Origin: Candidatus Limimorpha sp. | GTDB lineage: Bacteria; Bacteroidota; Bacteroidia; Bacteroidales; F082 | Direction: 5' to 3' | NCBI GenBank assembly: GCA_045127605.1 | Contig: JBGVQR010000076.1 | Location: 453 to 64,452, forward strand | DNA: 64,000 nt | Shown: piece by piece, positions 9,555 to 18,590 of the stretch | Layout of the letters: every line of letters starts with the position of its first letter | Numbering within the stretch: the first letter of the stretch is position 1 | Notes under the pieces: model-generated | What the model saw: the letters and a program-made list of their open reading frames with translations, nothing else | What the model was told of the DNA's origin: nothing | Databases searched by the model: none | Made by a program: the position numbers and the translations under genes

Positions 9555-9572
9555 TAAGCTAAATATTTACAT

Positions 9573-10304
9573 ATGTACGCTTTATTCAAAAAAGAGATAA
9601 GTAACTTCTTAAATTCTCTCATAGGAATAATGGTGATTGTCATTTTCTTGTTAATCACGGGTTTGTTCTTATGGGTCTTTCAAAGTGATTTCAATATCAT
9701 GACTTTCGGCTATGCCAACTTGGACAGCCTTTTCATCCTTGCTCCATGGGTGTTTTTATTTTTGGTTCCTGCTGTGACGATGCGTAGCTTCGCAGAAGAG
9801 AAGCGAACTGGAACAATGGAGATGTTATTCACCAAGCCTTTATCCGACTGGCAGATTGTCCTCGGCAAATATTTCGCAGGCGTCGCCTTGGTGATTCTAG
9901 CCCTTATCCCAACTTTCATTTATTTCTTCTCTGTATATCGTCTGAGTCAGCCTGTCGGCAATGTTGACATCGGCGGAATCTGGGGTTCTTACATCGGACT
10001 TTTCTTCCTGAGTGCGACATTCGTATCGGTAGGATTGTTCTGTAGTTCTATAACCAACAACCAAATACTCGCATTCTTGTTATCCGTGTTCTTATGCGGA
10101 TTCTTGTACATCGGCTTCGATATGATCTACTCTATGGCATTATTCGGAAAAGTAGATTTATTCATACAACATCTCGGAATGTCGTCACATTACAGCTCAT
10201 TGAGCCGTGGCGTTGTCGACACCCGCGACATTCTTTATTTCATCAGCGTGATTGTTTTATTCTTGTCATCGACAAAATTAGTCTTGTCGAGTCGTAAATG
10301 GTAA
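9573..10304 (+). CDS. gldF: Gliding-motility-associated ABC transporter permease GldF
   Basis: 243-aa polytopic membrane protein. The N-terminus MYALFKKEISNFLNSLIGIMVIVIFLLITGLFLWVF is typical of GldF, and a GldG-like gene follows. Confidence 0.75.
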   Translation: MYALFKKEISNFLNSLIGIMVIVIFLLITGLFLWVFQSDFNIMTFGYANLDSLFILAPWVFLFLVPAVTMRSFAEEKRTGTMEMLFTKPLSDWQIVLGKYFAGVALVILALIPTFIYFFSVYRLSQPVGNVDIGGIWGSYIGLFFLSATFVSVGLFCSSITNNQILAFLLSVFLCGFLYIGFDMIYSMALFGKVDLFIQHLGMSSHYSSLSRGVVDTRDILYFISVIVLFLSSTKLVLSSRKW

Positions 10305-10315
10305 AAGGAGGATAG

Positions 10316-12055
10316 ATGAAAAACGAACGTAAAAATCTTAAAAAGAATCAGCTTATATCATTTGGCATCACTCTGATTGTCATCATCGCTGTCAACATCA
10401 TCGCTTCTTTTGTCTACACACGTTTTGACCTGACAAGCGAGAAACGCTACACTCTTTCAGACACTTCTAAAGAGATTTTAAAGAACCTCGACGATTATGT
10501 CTATTTCAGAGTTTATCTCGAAGGCGACTTCCCTGCAGGTTTCAAGAAATTAAGAAAAGAGACAAAAGAAATGCTCGACGAATTTAGAGCTTACAGCAAA
10601 TTCGTCGACTATGAATTCATAAATCCTTCAGAAAGCAACGACGCCGCTGAAAGAAACGAGACTTACAAATTATTATATCAAAGCGGCCTTAATCCTACAG
10701 AGGTTGCTGTACAAACAAAGTCAGGCACACAACAGCTTATCATCTGGCCTTGTGCTTTGGTAAGCTATCAAGAGAAAGAGAAACCTTTAGATTTGCTCGA
10801 CACTCATATCGGCGAATCATCAAACCAAGTCTTGAACAACTCAGCTCAGAATCTTGAATATAAACTCATCAGTTCCATCAAAGAGCTCACTCAGGAAAAG
10901 AGACCTAGCATCGCTTTCATTGAAGGTCATGGCGAGTTAAACGAAAACGAAGTTTACGACATCACTAGAAGCCTTCAAAAGAAATACAACGTAAAACGCA
11001 TAAGCCTCGACGAACAGATAACTGCATTGAACAGCAGAACGGTTGCTCGTGACAGCAGTATCATAATTTCTTCCAACTACGACGCTATCGTCATTGCAAA
11101 GCCAACGAAGCCTTTCTCAGAAAAAGACAAGTTCATCATCGACCAATATGTCATGCATGGTGGTAAGATATTATGGCTCATTGACCCTGTCTTAGCCACT
11201 ATGGACAGCCTTCAAATGTCAGAGTCAACAATAGGCAACACATTAAATGTCAAATTGGATGACATGTTCTTCAAATACGGAGTTCGACTCAACAGCAACC
11301 TCCTCCTCGACCTCAACAGTGCGAAGATAGCATTGAGAACAGGTCAGATGGGAGGACAGGCTCAGATAGAATATTTCAACTGGTACTACTTCCCTTTGCT
11401 TAACGCAGGTTCCAACAACAGCATAGTGAAGAACATCAACCCTGTGAAAGCTGACTTCATCAGTTCTATTGACCCAGTGATGTCAGACTCTGATGTTCAA
11501 AAGATACCATTGTTGAAGACATCCAACTACACAAATATCTCCAACGCCCCAGTTTACATCACATTAGGAATGTTACGTCAGAAACCTGACCAACGTATGT
11601 TTTCTCAAAAAAGCCAAAACGTAGCATATCTGTTAAAAGGCGAGTTCGAATCGCTTTATGCAAACAGAATGACATCTGGCATCATGGATTCAAAAGAGAT
11701 AGGTTTCAAAGCAAGTAGCGAACCAACAGCAATGATTGTCGTTGCCGATGGTGATATCATACGCAACCAATTCCATATCCCTAAAGGTTATCCACTACCT
11801 CTAGGCTTTGACCAATACACACAGGTAACATACGGCAACAAAGAATTTATCGAGAATGCCATCAGCTATCTCGTCGACGGAGAAGGACTCATAGAGATAA
11901 GATCACGCGAGTTGAAGATACGACTCCTTGATATTAATAAAGTCAACAACGACGCACTCTTGTGGCAGATTGTAAATGTTGTATTACCAAGTGCTGTAAT
12001 GGTAATATTTGGGTTCATACTCGCATTTATCAGAAAAAGAAAATTTGCAAAATAA
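10316..12055 (+). CDS. gldG: Gliding-associated ABC transporter substrate-binding component GldG
   Basis: 579 aa with N- and C-terminal transmembrane anchors and a large periplasmic domain. It sits immediately downstream of gldF, the conserved arrangement. Confidence 0.7.
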   Translation: MKNERKNLKKNQLISFGITLIVIIAVNIIASFVYTRFDLTSEKRYTLSDTSKEILKNLDDYVYFRVYLEGDFPAGFKKLRKETKEMLDEFRAYSKFVDYEFINPSESNDAAERNETYKLLYQSGLNPTEVAVQTKSGTQQLIIWPCALVSYQEKEKPLDLLDTHIGESSNQVLNNSAQNLEYKLISSIKELTQEKRPSIAFIEGHGELNENEVYDITRSLQKKYNVKRISLDEQITALNSRTVARDSSIIISSNYDAIVIAKPTKPFSEKDKFIIDQYVMHGGKILWLIDPVLATMDSLQMSESTIGNTLNVKLDDMFFKYGVRLNSNLLLDLNSAKIALRTGQMGGQAQIEYFNWYYFPLLNAGSNNSIVKNINPVKADFISSIDPVMSDSDVQKIPLLKTSNYTNISNAPVYITLGMLRQKPDQRMFSQKSQNVAYLLKGEFESLYANRMTSGIMDSKEIGFKASSEPTAMIVVADGDIIRNQFHIPKGYPLPLGFDQYTQVTYGNKEFIENAISYLVDGEGLIEIRSRELKIRLLDINKVNNDALLWQIVNVVLPSAVMVIFGFILAFIRKRKFAK

Positions 12056-12061
12056 AATTAT

Positions 12062-13180
12062 ATGAAAAAAAATCGTTTAGCTATAATCTTAACATCTTTG
12101 TTGATAGTCATCGCCGCTGTCCTCTTATGGAACAATCGTTATTTGACAACATTACGTGGTGATGCCTACGACTTCACAGTTCGCGACACTGCTTCAGTAA
12201 CACGTCTTTTCTTCGCTGATAAAAGCGGTAATCAAGTTCTTCTGAGCAGAACAGAAGAAGGTTGGAAAGTCAATGAGAAATATGACGCTCAGCCAACAAT
12301 GGTCAACAATATGCTCTACACTCTCGACAAGATGAGAATAAAAATGCCAGTGTCGTTAGCTTCTCACAACAACGTCATCACTCGTATGGCTGGTACAAAT
12401 ACTAAAGTGGAAATATACCAGATTGTTCCTCGTATCAACTTATTTAACAAGGTAAAACTTTTCCCTCACGAAAAACTGACAAAGGTATTTTATATAGGTG
12501 ATGTAACACAAGACAACAGCGGAACTTACGTCCTTAAAGAAGGTTCTGACAAAGCATATATCGTCCACCTTCACGGATTCAGAGGCTTCATCAGCTCACG
12601 ATTCAGCGCAAACCAAGAAGACTGGCGCGACCATAAAATCATCTCCGAGGACATAAACAACATTGCTTCGATGAAGCTAGAATTCAACAACGACGCTGAA
12701 AATAGCTTCGTGATAAACACAACTGGAAATTATAAGTACGAGATGAAACATCTTCATGATGGCTCCAATGTCGACATTGACACTATACGCGTACTCAACC
12801 TCTTGACATCATTCAACGACGTACGTTTCGAGGCATTTCTCACCGACATAACAAAAGAACGCCGCGACTCTATCATCAGCTCTCCATATCAAGAAAGACT
12901 CACTCTAACAACAAAAGACGGCAAACAAGAAGTCATAAGAACATACACCATGAGAATCAATGCTTCAGCATTCGGCTTCACTGAAGATGACTGGGACGAT
13001 GACCCAGACCACAAATACGCTTATATAGAAAACAGTGACGAGCTTGTCATGATACAAGACTTTGCTTTTGGCAAGATTCTCAAACCTGCTGAATATTACC
13101 AAAAAGGCTACAAAGAACCTAGACGCACCGTCTATATAGAAGAGATTGAAGAAATACCAAGCGGAAGTCTTCCGTTTTAA
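12062..13180 (+). CDS. DUF4340-like protein (conserved partner of GldG-type genes)
   Basis: 372 aa with an N-terminal transmembrane anchor. Position directly after gldG. The family assignment is from memory of the synteny. Confidence 0.55.
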   Translation: MKKNRLAIILTSLLIVIAAVLLWNNRYLTTLRGDAYDFTVRDTASVTRLFFADKSGNQVLLSRTEEGWKVNEKYDAQPTMVNNMLYTLDKMRIKMPVSLASHNNVITRMAGTNTKVEIYQIVPRINLFNKVKLFPHEKLTKVFYIGDVTQDNSGTYVLKEGSDKAYIVHLHGFRGFISSRFSANQEDWRDHKIISEDINNIASMKLEFNNDAENSFVINTTGNYKYEMKHLHDGSNVDIDTIRVLNLLTSFNDVRFEAFLTDITKERRDSIISSPYQERLTLTTKDGKQEVIRTYTMRINASAFGFTEDDWDDDPDHKYAYIENSDELVMIQDFAFGKILKPAEYYQKGYKEPRRTVYIEEIEEIPSGSLPF

Positions 13181-13325
13181 GTCTCTAAGTCACCGAGACA
13201 CCATGTCGCCAAGGTGTTTTGAGGATTAATAAAAAATGCGTTAACAATCATTAACGCATTTTTTATTGCCATTCCCAAAACCTCGGAGTCTCGGCGACTT
13301 GGTGTCTTGGTGACTTGGTGACTTA
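13181..13325. repeat. Nested hairpin: outer octad-word arms (family D, NAGNCNCC words) enclosing a canonical terminator
   Basis: The left arm gtctctaagtcaccgagacaccatgtcgccaaggtg starts right after the stop at 13178-13180. The right arm ...cctcggagtctcggcgacttggtgtcttggtgacttggtgactta ends at the mgsA stop (13326). The arms are mutually complementary in register. Confidence 0.8.
13231..13264. terminator. Bidirectional intrinsic terminator (inner hairpin)
   Basis: aaaaaatgcgttaa-caatca-ttaacgcatttttt, a perfect stem flanked by an A-run and a T-run, between convergent genes. Confidence 0.85.
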
Positions 13326-13748
13326 TTAAATACTTCTATTAAGGTACTCCGAATAATCTTCTGGAGCGCTTTTATATTCTTTTCCGAATAATGCCGAATT
13401 AATCAGGAAGTCGGCAGAAGCGTGGTTACAAGCTGTTGGCACGTCGTAAAGAACGCTCAATCGCAACAAAGCTTTGACGTCGACGTCGTGAGGCTGGCTT
13501 GTCATTGGGTCCCAGAAGAAGATGAGATAATCGATTTTTCCTTCAGAGATAAGAGCACCCAGTTGCTGGTCACCGCCTAACGGACCCGACTTCAATCTAT
13601 TGATATCAGGCAATACCGAAGATAAGATTTTACCTGTCGTTCCGGTAGCATAAAACTCGTTACCAATAAGTTTTTCTGCATGTTCAGTGACCCATTTCAA
13701 GAGGTCGTCTTTCTTTGCGTCGTGCGCAACAAGAGCTATTGTTTTCAT
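13326..13748 (-). CDS. mgsA: Methylglyoxal synthase
   Basis: 140 aa. Matches MgsA along its length: IALVAHDAKK, YATGTTG, SGPLGGDQQLGALISEGKIDYLIFFWDP, HDVDVKALLRL. Confidence 0.93.
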   Translation of the reverse strand: MKTIALVAHDAKKDDLLKWVTEHAEKLIGNEFYATGTTGKILSSVLPDINRLKSGPLGGDQQLGALISEGKIDYLIFFWDPMTSQPHDVDVKALLRLSVLYDVPTACNHASADFLINSALFGKEYKSAPEDYSEYLNRSI

Positions 13749-13756
13749 AATTTTAA

Positions 13757-14602
13757 TTATTCATATTCATAATACTCTATGACATCGCCGTAACTTTTTG
13801 TCACAGGGAATTCGCCATCGTAAGTGTAGTTGATATATTTTGTATCAGTGTATGAAAATCCCATATATGAACTGACACTAGTTATTTCTACTACATTGTT
13901 TTTATTAGCAAAAGTGCAAAGCTCGTCAACACCCATACCGAAGAAATTACCAAAAGGATTCTGATAATTGTCATAGCTGAAATAATGTTTTTCAGAATAG
14001 TTTCCATATTCCACTTCTATCTCCGAGATATTTTTTCCAAGCCATTCAATATCCATCTCTAGATTTTTCTCGCCACGTTCCATAGGTTTATTATTCAAGG
14101 CTTTTTCAATTGGAGTGAGTATCGTTTCAGGAAGAACATATTTCATTGAAGATGATGATGCTTTTACATCAGTCATATCTATATCGCCTACTACTGTAAT
14201 TTCAGACAATTTGTTGTCATCATATTCAAACTTATAAACAACAGGTTTGTCAGCGCCTTCTACATACCAATTAACTTGATATAATCTGTCTTTTGTTCCA
14301 TATAGATATTCTGTATACGAATCTCCATTTTCAGTTTTTACTGTCTGTACCTGACCTTTATCGTTATAAGTGAATACTTCAGTGTAATAATTTAATTGGA
14401 CATTGTCTGCCGAGATGTAATGATTGATTGATTTCAATTGATTTCCCTCCCAGTTCCATTCTTCTGAGAGATGTTTTCCTAGACCTTGGTCAACATAAAT
14501 CTTGCTTATTTTTTCTTTAGGGTTGTAGGGTTTGGTTTTTTGGCATGAGGTGAATGTTACTGCAAATAAGGCGATTGCAAGTAATAATGTTGTTTTTTTC
14601 AT
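13757..14602 (-). CDS. Hypothetical lipoprotein
   Basis: The internal ATG at 14602 gives MKKTTLLLAIALFAVTFTSC, a lipoprotein signal. The rest is repetitive and beta-rich, with no recognised motif. Confidence 0.65.
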   Translation of the reverse strand: MKKTTLLLAIALFAVTFTSCQKTKPYNPKEKISKIYVDQGLGKHLSEEWNWEGNQLKSINHYISADNVQLNYYTEVFTYNDKGQVQTVKTENGDSYTEYLYGTKDRLYQVNWYVEGADKPVVYKFEYDDNKLSEITVVGDIDMTDVKASSSSMKYVLPETILTPIEKALNNKPMERGEKNLEMDIEWLGKNISEIEVEYGNYSEKHYFSYDNYQNPFGNFFGMGVDELCTFANKNNVVEITSVSSYMGFSYTDTKYINYTYDGEFPVTKSYGDVIEYYEYE

Positions 14603-14673
14603 AATTGTAATCTCAGTTATTTCCCATCGAGCCATCGGTGTTATAATGTTGGTTAATAAGATGTAAATTTAAC

Positions 14674-14715
14674 GTAGTAAAGATACGAAATATTGTAGTA
14701 AAGATACGAAATATT
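14674..14715. repeat. Perfect 21-bp tandem duplication (gtagtaaagatacgaaatatt x2) in the upstream region of the 13757-14602 gene
   Basis: Units at 14674-14694 and 14695-14715. On the minus strand each unit carries TATCTTTA, a near-consensus -7 box. Confidence 0.9.
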
Positions 14716-14748
14716 TTTGAACTTTGAGCTTTGAGCTAAGAACTTTTC

Positions 14749-14804
14749 GGTCGCTGAGCTTGTCGAAGCGTTGATTTGTTGTGCCTTCGACAGGCTCAGG
14801 TACC
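14749..14804. repeat. REP-like palindromic element, copy 1 (GGTCGCTGAGCTTGTCGAAGCG-N13-CCTTCGACAGGCTCAGGTACC)
   Basis: Inverted arms of about 17-20 bp. Near-identical copies lie at 42779-42831 and 47145-47199, with a half copy at 44124-44146. Confidence 0.9.
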
Positions 14805-14831
14805 GTTGAGCTTTGAACATTTTTAATAACA

Positions 14832-14876
14832 AAACCCTCCGTAAATCAGAAAGTTAATTCTATTAACGGAGGGTTT
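14832..14876 (-). terminator. Candidate terminator hairpin about 160 nt downstream of fprA
   Basis: Perfect 11-bp stem aaaccctccgt / acggagggttt with a 23-nt loop. The following sequence on the minus strand is only weakly U-rich. Confidence 0.4.
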
Positions 14877-14957
14877 AATACAATAGACTTTACATATCCA
14901 CATTCTGAGGCCCTGAGATTGCCCATTATACAGGATAAGTAAGCTCACAATATGTTT

Positions 14958-15008
14958 GAGACGCAGCAATTACATATTGTTATTTTTAATGTGTAATTGA
15001 TACGTCTC
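14958..15008. repeat. Long imperfect hairpin in the fprA 3' region
   Basis: gagacgcagcaattacatatt - gttattttt - aatgtgtaattgatacgtctc. The arms are 21 nt with 3 mismatches. Confidence 0.8.
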
Positions 15009-15013
15009 TACAA

Positions 15014-15041
15014 TTATGAATTATGAATTATGCATTATGAA
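15014..15041 (-). repeat. Family A heptad array (gene sense: TTCATAA TGCATAA TTCATAA TTCATAA) overlapping the fprA stop codon
   Basis: The plus strand reads ttatgaa ttatgaa ttatgca ttatgaa. The last heptad contains the stop codon at 15035-15037. Confidence 0.9.
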
Positions 15042-16228
15042 TTCTTCACCGCTTCACCGATAGCTTTTCCTAAATTGTAAAGTCTTTCGACATCTTCATC
15101 GCGATATGGTGCGCCTTTAACTTCAACAGATTCCATTGGACGCTGCCATTCGTTTTTGTCAGCAATACCGTTGATATATTTCACACCGCCGCCGCCCCAG
15201 CTCATGCCGCCGAATACGCCGTAAACTTTATCTTTAGGTTTGAATTCTGTGAGTTCGTGCAACAACAATGTCATGTCTGGGAACACAGTGCCGTAGTGAG
15301 CGCAAGCGCCGATGATGCAGCCTTTATATTTCCAGATGTCGCTGATGATATGTGACACCTCTGTCTTAGAAACGTCATAAATCTTGATATTTTTAACGCC
15401 AGCTTCTGCCACGCCACGTGCGATGATGTCAGCCATAAGTCCTGTGTTGCCGTACATTGTACCGTAAGCGATAACGACACCTTCTTCGTTGCCACCAGTG
15501 CTCCATTTAACGTATCTGTCGAAAACCCATTGCAAGTTGCTGCGCCATACCAAGCCGTGTGATGGAGCAATCATCTTGATTTCCACTGGAGCGAGTTTTT
15601 CAACAGCTTTCACCACTTGGTTAGCCACCTTACCCACGATGTTAGCGTAGTAACGACGCATATCGTCTTCATAGAAGTCGAGGTTAGCCTCGTCGTCGAA
15701 GATGCAACCGTTGAGTGCGCCGAAGCCACCGAAAGCGTCATTCGAGAATAAAATTTTGTTTGTTTGTTCGTATGTCACCATTGACTCTGGCCAGTGAACC
15801 ATAGGAACCATGAAGAACTGAAGGGTGTGTTTTCCAAGACATAATGTCTCGCCTTCAGCCACTATTTTTTTATTATTGATAGGTCCGTAATAAGCTTCTA
15901 AAGGTCCGAATGTTTTAGAGTTGCCTATCACTTGAACTTCTGGATATTCTTGTACGATAGCACGTACTGCGCCGCTATGATCTGGTTCGTCGTGGTTGAT
16001 GACGAGATAATCTATCTTACGGTCGCCTAGCACGCTTTTTATTTTGAAGAGGAATTCAGCCATGAAGCTTACTTCCACTGGGTCGATGAGAGCTACTTTT
16101 TCATCGACGATGAGGTATGAGTTATACGAAACTCCGTTAGGAAGTTCCATATGATTTTCAAATAAATCAGTCTTTCTGTCATTAACGCCGACATAGAATA
16201 TATCGTCGGTCAAGTTTATTTTTAGCAT
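15035..16228 (-). CDS. FprA-family flavodiiron protein (metallo-beta-lactamase-like plus flavodoxin-like domains)
   Basis: Start at the ATG giving MLKINLTDDIFYVGVNDRK. Contains the HDEPDHSG diiron motif and a C-terminal flavodoxin-like domain. A rubredoxin gene lies upstream. Confidence 0.85.
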   Translation of the reverse strand: MLKINLTDDIFYVGVNDRKTDLFENHMELPNGVSYNSYLIVDEKVALIDPVEVSFMAEFLFKIKSVLGDRKIDYLVINHDEPDHSGAVRAIVQEYPEVQVIGNSKTFGPLEAYYGPINNKKIVAEGETLCLGKHTLQFFMVPMVHWPESMVTYEQTNKILFSNDAFGGFGALNGCIFDDEANLDFYEDDMRRYYANIVGKVANQVVKAVEKLAPVEIKMIAPSHGLVWRSNLQWVFDRYVKWSTGGNEEGVVIAYGTMYGNTGLMADIIARGVAEAGVKNIKIYDVSKTEVSHIISDIWKYKGCIIGACAHYGTVFPDMTLLLHELTEFKPKDKVYGVFGGMSWGGGGVKYINGIADKNEWQRPMESVEVKGAPYRDEDVERLYNLGKAIGEAVKNS

Positions 16229-16256
16229 AATATTAGTATTGGTTTTTATTTCAATA

Positions 16257-16291
16257 AAATACGCATGAGACAAACCCATGCGTATTTTTTT
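16257..16291 (-). terminator. Intrinsic terminator or attenuator between rubredoxin and fprA
   Basis: The minus strand reads aaaaaaatacgcatg-ggtttgtct-catgcgtatttt. Confidence 0.65.
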
Positions 16292-16296
16292 ATTCA

Positions 16297-16455
16297 TTAT
16301 TCTTCTGAGAAGTTGTCGGTTCCAACGCCACAAAGAGGGCAAGTCCAATCTGCTGGAAGTTGATCGAATGGAGTACCTGGTTGAACACCGTTATCTGGAT
16401 CACCTACTGCTGGGTCATAAACATAACCGCAAACATCACAAACATATTTTTTCAT
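16297..16455 (-). CDS. Rubredoxin
   Basis: [15 protein letters not shown]...WTCPLCGV carries two CxxC pairs at rubredoxin spacing. I use the ATG at 16455 rather than the longer ORF from 16482. Confidence 0.9.
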   Translation of the reverse strand: MKKYVCDVCGYVYDPAVGDPDNGVQPGTPFDQLPADWTCPLCGVGTDNFSEE

Positions 16456-16487
16456 CTTTTTTAAATTTTTTAAGTTAAACAATAATA

Positions 16488-17474
16488 TTAATGTATGTCA
16501 TAGTTTCTTCTTAAATACTGAAGACGTTCCACGACTTTTATATCTTCTTTTTTATTCACTATACCTCTGAAGCTTTCAACATTTTCGAAATTATGTCTTT
16601 CCATCCAAGCCTCCACGTCGGCATTCATTTGTTTTATATAATCGATGCCGTTACGATATAGCGTGCTACAGACCTGAACCGTCTTAGCTCCAGCGAGAAT
16701 CTGTTTCACCACGTCTTCGCCTGTATAAACACCTCTCGATGCCGAAAGTTCACAAGGTATTTCTTGTGATGACAAGAGAGAAATCCAACGAAGGGTGTTA
16801 TGATTTTCTTCTGGTGCAGATATTGAGTTACCTGGAACCACCTTCATTTTCTCGATATTGATATCAGGATTATAGAAACGGTTGAAAAGCACCAATCCTT
16901 TAGCACCAGCCTTTGACAAGCCGAAAGCCACTCGGCTGATATTAGTGAAATGATCTCCAAGTTTAACGGAAACTGGAATATTAATATTTTTCTCAACTTC
17001 CTTAAGAATATCAATATATTCCTTTTCTATTTCTCTTGGGTCTATATCTCTGTCGAACGCCGCTATGGCGACATTCAATTCCAAAGCATCAGCACCAGCA
17101 TCTTGAAGCTCTCTCGCAATGCTAATCCATTCGCCTTTATCGGAACAATTAATACTTGCTATGATTGGAATATCGACAACCTTCTTCGACTCACGGATAA
17201 GTCTTTCATAAATCTCGATTTCGGTACCACGCATATACGTGTTAAGATACTCCTGAGCCTCTGGATATGAATCGTAAATATCAACATCAGTGTAGCCCTC
17301 TTCCCTTCTGATCTCCGACAAAATCTGCTCTTCAAAAATAGATTTCAAGACCACCGCGCCAGCACCTGCTTCAGCACAATGCTTAATACTTTCAACACTG
17401 CCTGTCAATGTAGAACTACTTACGATGATAGGAGATTTTATTTTTAGTCCGAGGTATGTTGTTGATAGTTTCAT
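16488..17474 (-). CDS. Dihydroorotate dehydrogenase-like (PyrD-family TIM barrel) protein
   Basis: 328 aa. TIM-barrel flavoenzyme pattern ([36 protein letters not shown]). Clustered with rubredoxin and fprA. Confidence 0.65.
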   Translation of the reverse strand: MKLSTTYLGLKIKSPIIVSSSTLTGSVESIKHCAEAGAGAVVLKSIFEEQILSEIRREEGYTDVDIYDSYPEAQEYLNTYMRGTEIEIYERLIRESKKVVDIPIIASINCSDKGEWISIARELQDAGADALELNVAIAAFDRDIDPREIEKEYIDILKEVEKNINIPVSVKLGDHFTNISRVAFGLSKAGAKGLVLFNRFYNPDINIEKMKVVPGNSISAPEENHNTLRWISLLSSQEIPCELSASRGVYTGEDVVKQILAGAKTVQVCSTLYRNGIDYIKQMNADVEAWMERHNFENVESFRGIVNKKEDIKVVERLQYLRRNYDIH

Positions 17475-17548
17475 TAGTTTTATTTTTTTGCCTCACAAAG
17501 ATACAAATTCTTTTTGAAAAATGAAAGTTTTTTTCAAATAAAAAAATG

Positions 17549-17556
17549 TACTTTTG
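17549..17556 (+). promoter_or_regulatory. -7 promoter box TActTTTG upstream of the EamA-family gene
   Basis: tacttttg lies 18 nt upstream of the ATG at 17575. Confidence 0.55.
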
Positions 17557-17574
17557 CGCACTATTTTTCAAATT

Positions 17575-18501
17575 ATGAATAACAAGATTAAAGGCTATTT
17601 GTTCGCAGCTATTTCTGCTGTCACCTACGGAATGAATCCATTATTCGCACTGCCTCTTTACGATGCTGGCATGGATCTGTTTTCTGTACTATTCTTCCGC
17701 TACCTGATTGCAATACCGATATTGGCTGTCATGCTCAAAATACGTCGCCGTGATTTCTCCATCGAGAAGAAAGACATCATGCCATTAATTATATTAGGTA
17801 TCTTATTCGCTTTATCTTCAATAACATTATTCTCAAGCTATCATCACATGGATGCGGGCATCGCCTCTACGATATTATTCGTTTATCCAATCATAGTGGC
17901 ACTCATAATGTTCATTTTCTTTAAAGAGAAAATATCATCAAAAACGATAGCATGCATAGCCGTGGCGTTAGTCGGCATCGCCTTGTTATGCAAGAGCGGA
18001 GAAGGAGCTGTCGTCAGCACGAAAGGCATCCTCTTCGTATTAGGCTCTGCACTTTCTTATTCCATCTATATCGTTATGGTCAATAAATCAAGGATAAAAA
18101 AAATGGCGACTATAAAAGTCACCTTATACGTTTTAGCCGTAGGATGGATTATCTTCGCCCTAAGAGCATTGGCAAGCGGAGTGCTCACAACGCCACCAGC
18201 CGAGAAATGGTGGCTCTGGGCAAACATCATCGCATTATCAGTCTTCCCTACTGTCATCTCACTGATATGCACAACAGAAGCGATACAATATATCGGATCA
18301 ACTCCAACAGCAATATTAGGTGTACTGGAACCTGTCACAGCAGTATTCTTCGGAATTGTTGTCTTTAACGAAGTCATGACGACACGAATAGCAATAGGAT
18401 TGATACTCGTGATAACATCAGTCACATTCGTCGTTGCAGGTGGCAATATCGGAAAGATTTTATTGAGATTAAGAAAGATGTTTCCTGCAAAGAGACGCTG
18501 A
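17575..18501 (+). CDS. EamA/DMT-family transporter
   Basis: About 10 transmembrane helices with the two-EamA-repeat pattern. I use the ATG at 17575, because the ORF-track start at 17554 is a TTG. Confidence 0.8.
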   Translation: MNNKIKGYLFAAISAVTYGMNPLFALPLYDAGMDLFSVLFFRYLIAIPILAVMLKIRRRDFSIEKKDIMPLIILGILFALSSITLFSSYHHMDAGIASTILFVYPIIVALIMFIFFKEKISSKTIACIAVALVGIALLCKSGEGAVVSTKGILFVLGSALSYSIYIVMVNKSRIKKMATIKVTLYVLAVGWIIFALRALASGVLTTPPAEKWWLWANIIALSVFPTVISLICTTEAIQYIGSTPTAILGVLEPVTAVFFGIVVFNEVMTTRIAIGLILVITSVTFVVAGGNIGKILLRLRKMFPAKRR

Positions 18502-18590
18502 GTTTATGAGTTGCTGAGTTTCTGAGTTACTGAGTTGCTAAGCCTTCTCAGCAACTTAGCAACTCAGCAACTTAGCGACTTAACGAGTTA
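18497..18590. repeat. Octad word hairpin (family C, GAGTTGCT / AGCAACTC words) between convergent genes
   Basis: Plus-strand stop triplets lie exactly 8 nt apart at 18499 (the real stop), 18507, 18515, 18523, 18531 and 18539. The complementary arm runs into the meaB stop (18588-18590). Stem 18530-18542 pairs with 18555-18567. Confidence 0.9.

Noticed and set aside
16229-16348. Long N-terminal extensions offered by the ORF track (fprA to 16348, topA to 31971, M28 peptidase to 55786, radA to 34885, rubredoxin to 16482)
   Set aside because: The extensions begin at TTG or GTG, or overlap promoter boxes or terminators. Internal ATGs give family-typical N-termini or signal peptides.
18497-18590. 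Possibility that the periodic word arrays here and at 9423-9520, 22799-22898, 33031-33077 and elsewhere are CRISPR arrays
   Set aside because: The period is 7-8 nt, not 28-37-nt repeats separated by unique spacers. The arrays are 30-90 nt long and no cas genes are present.
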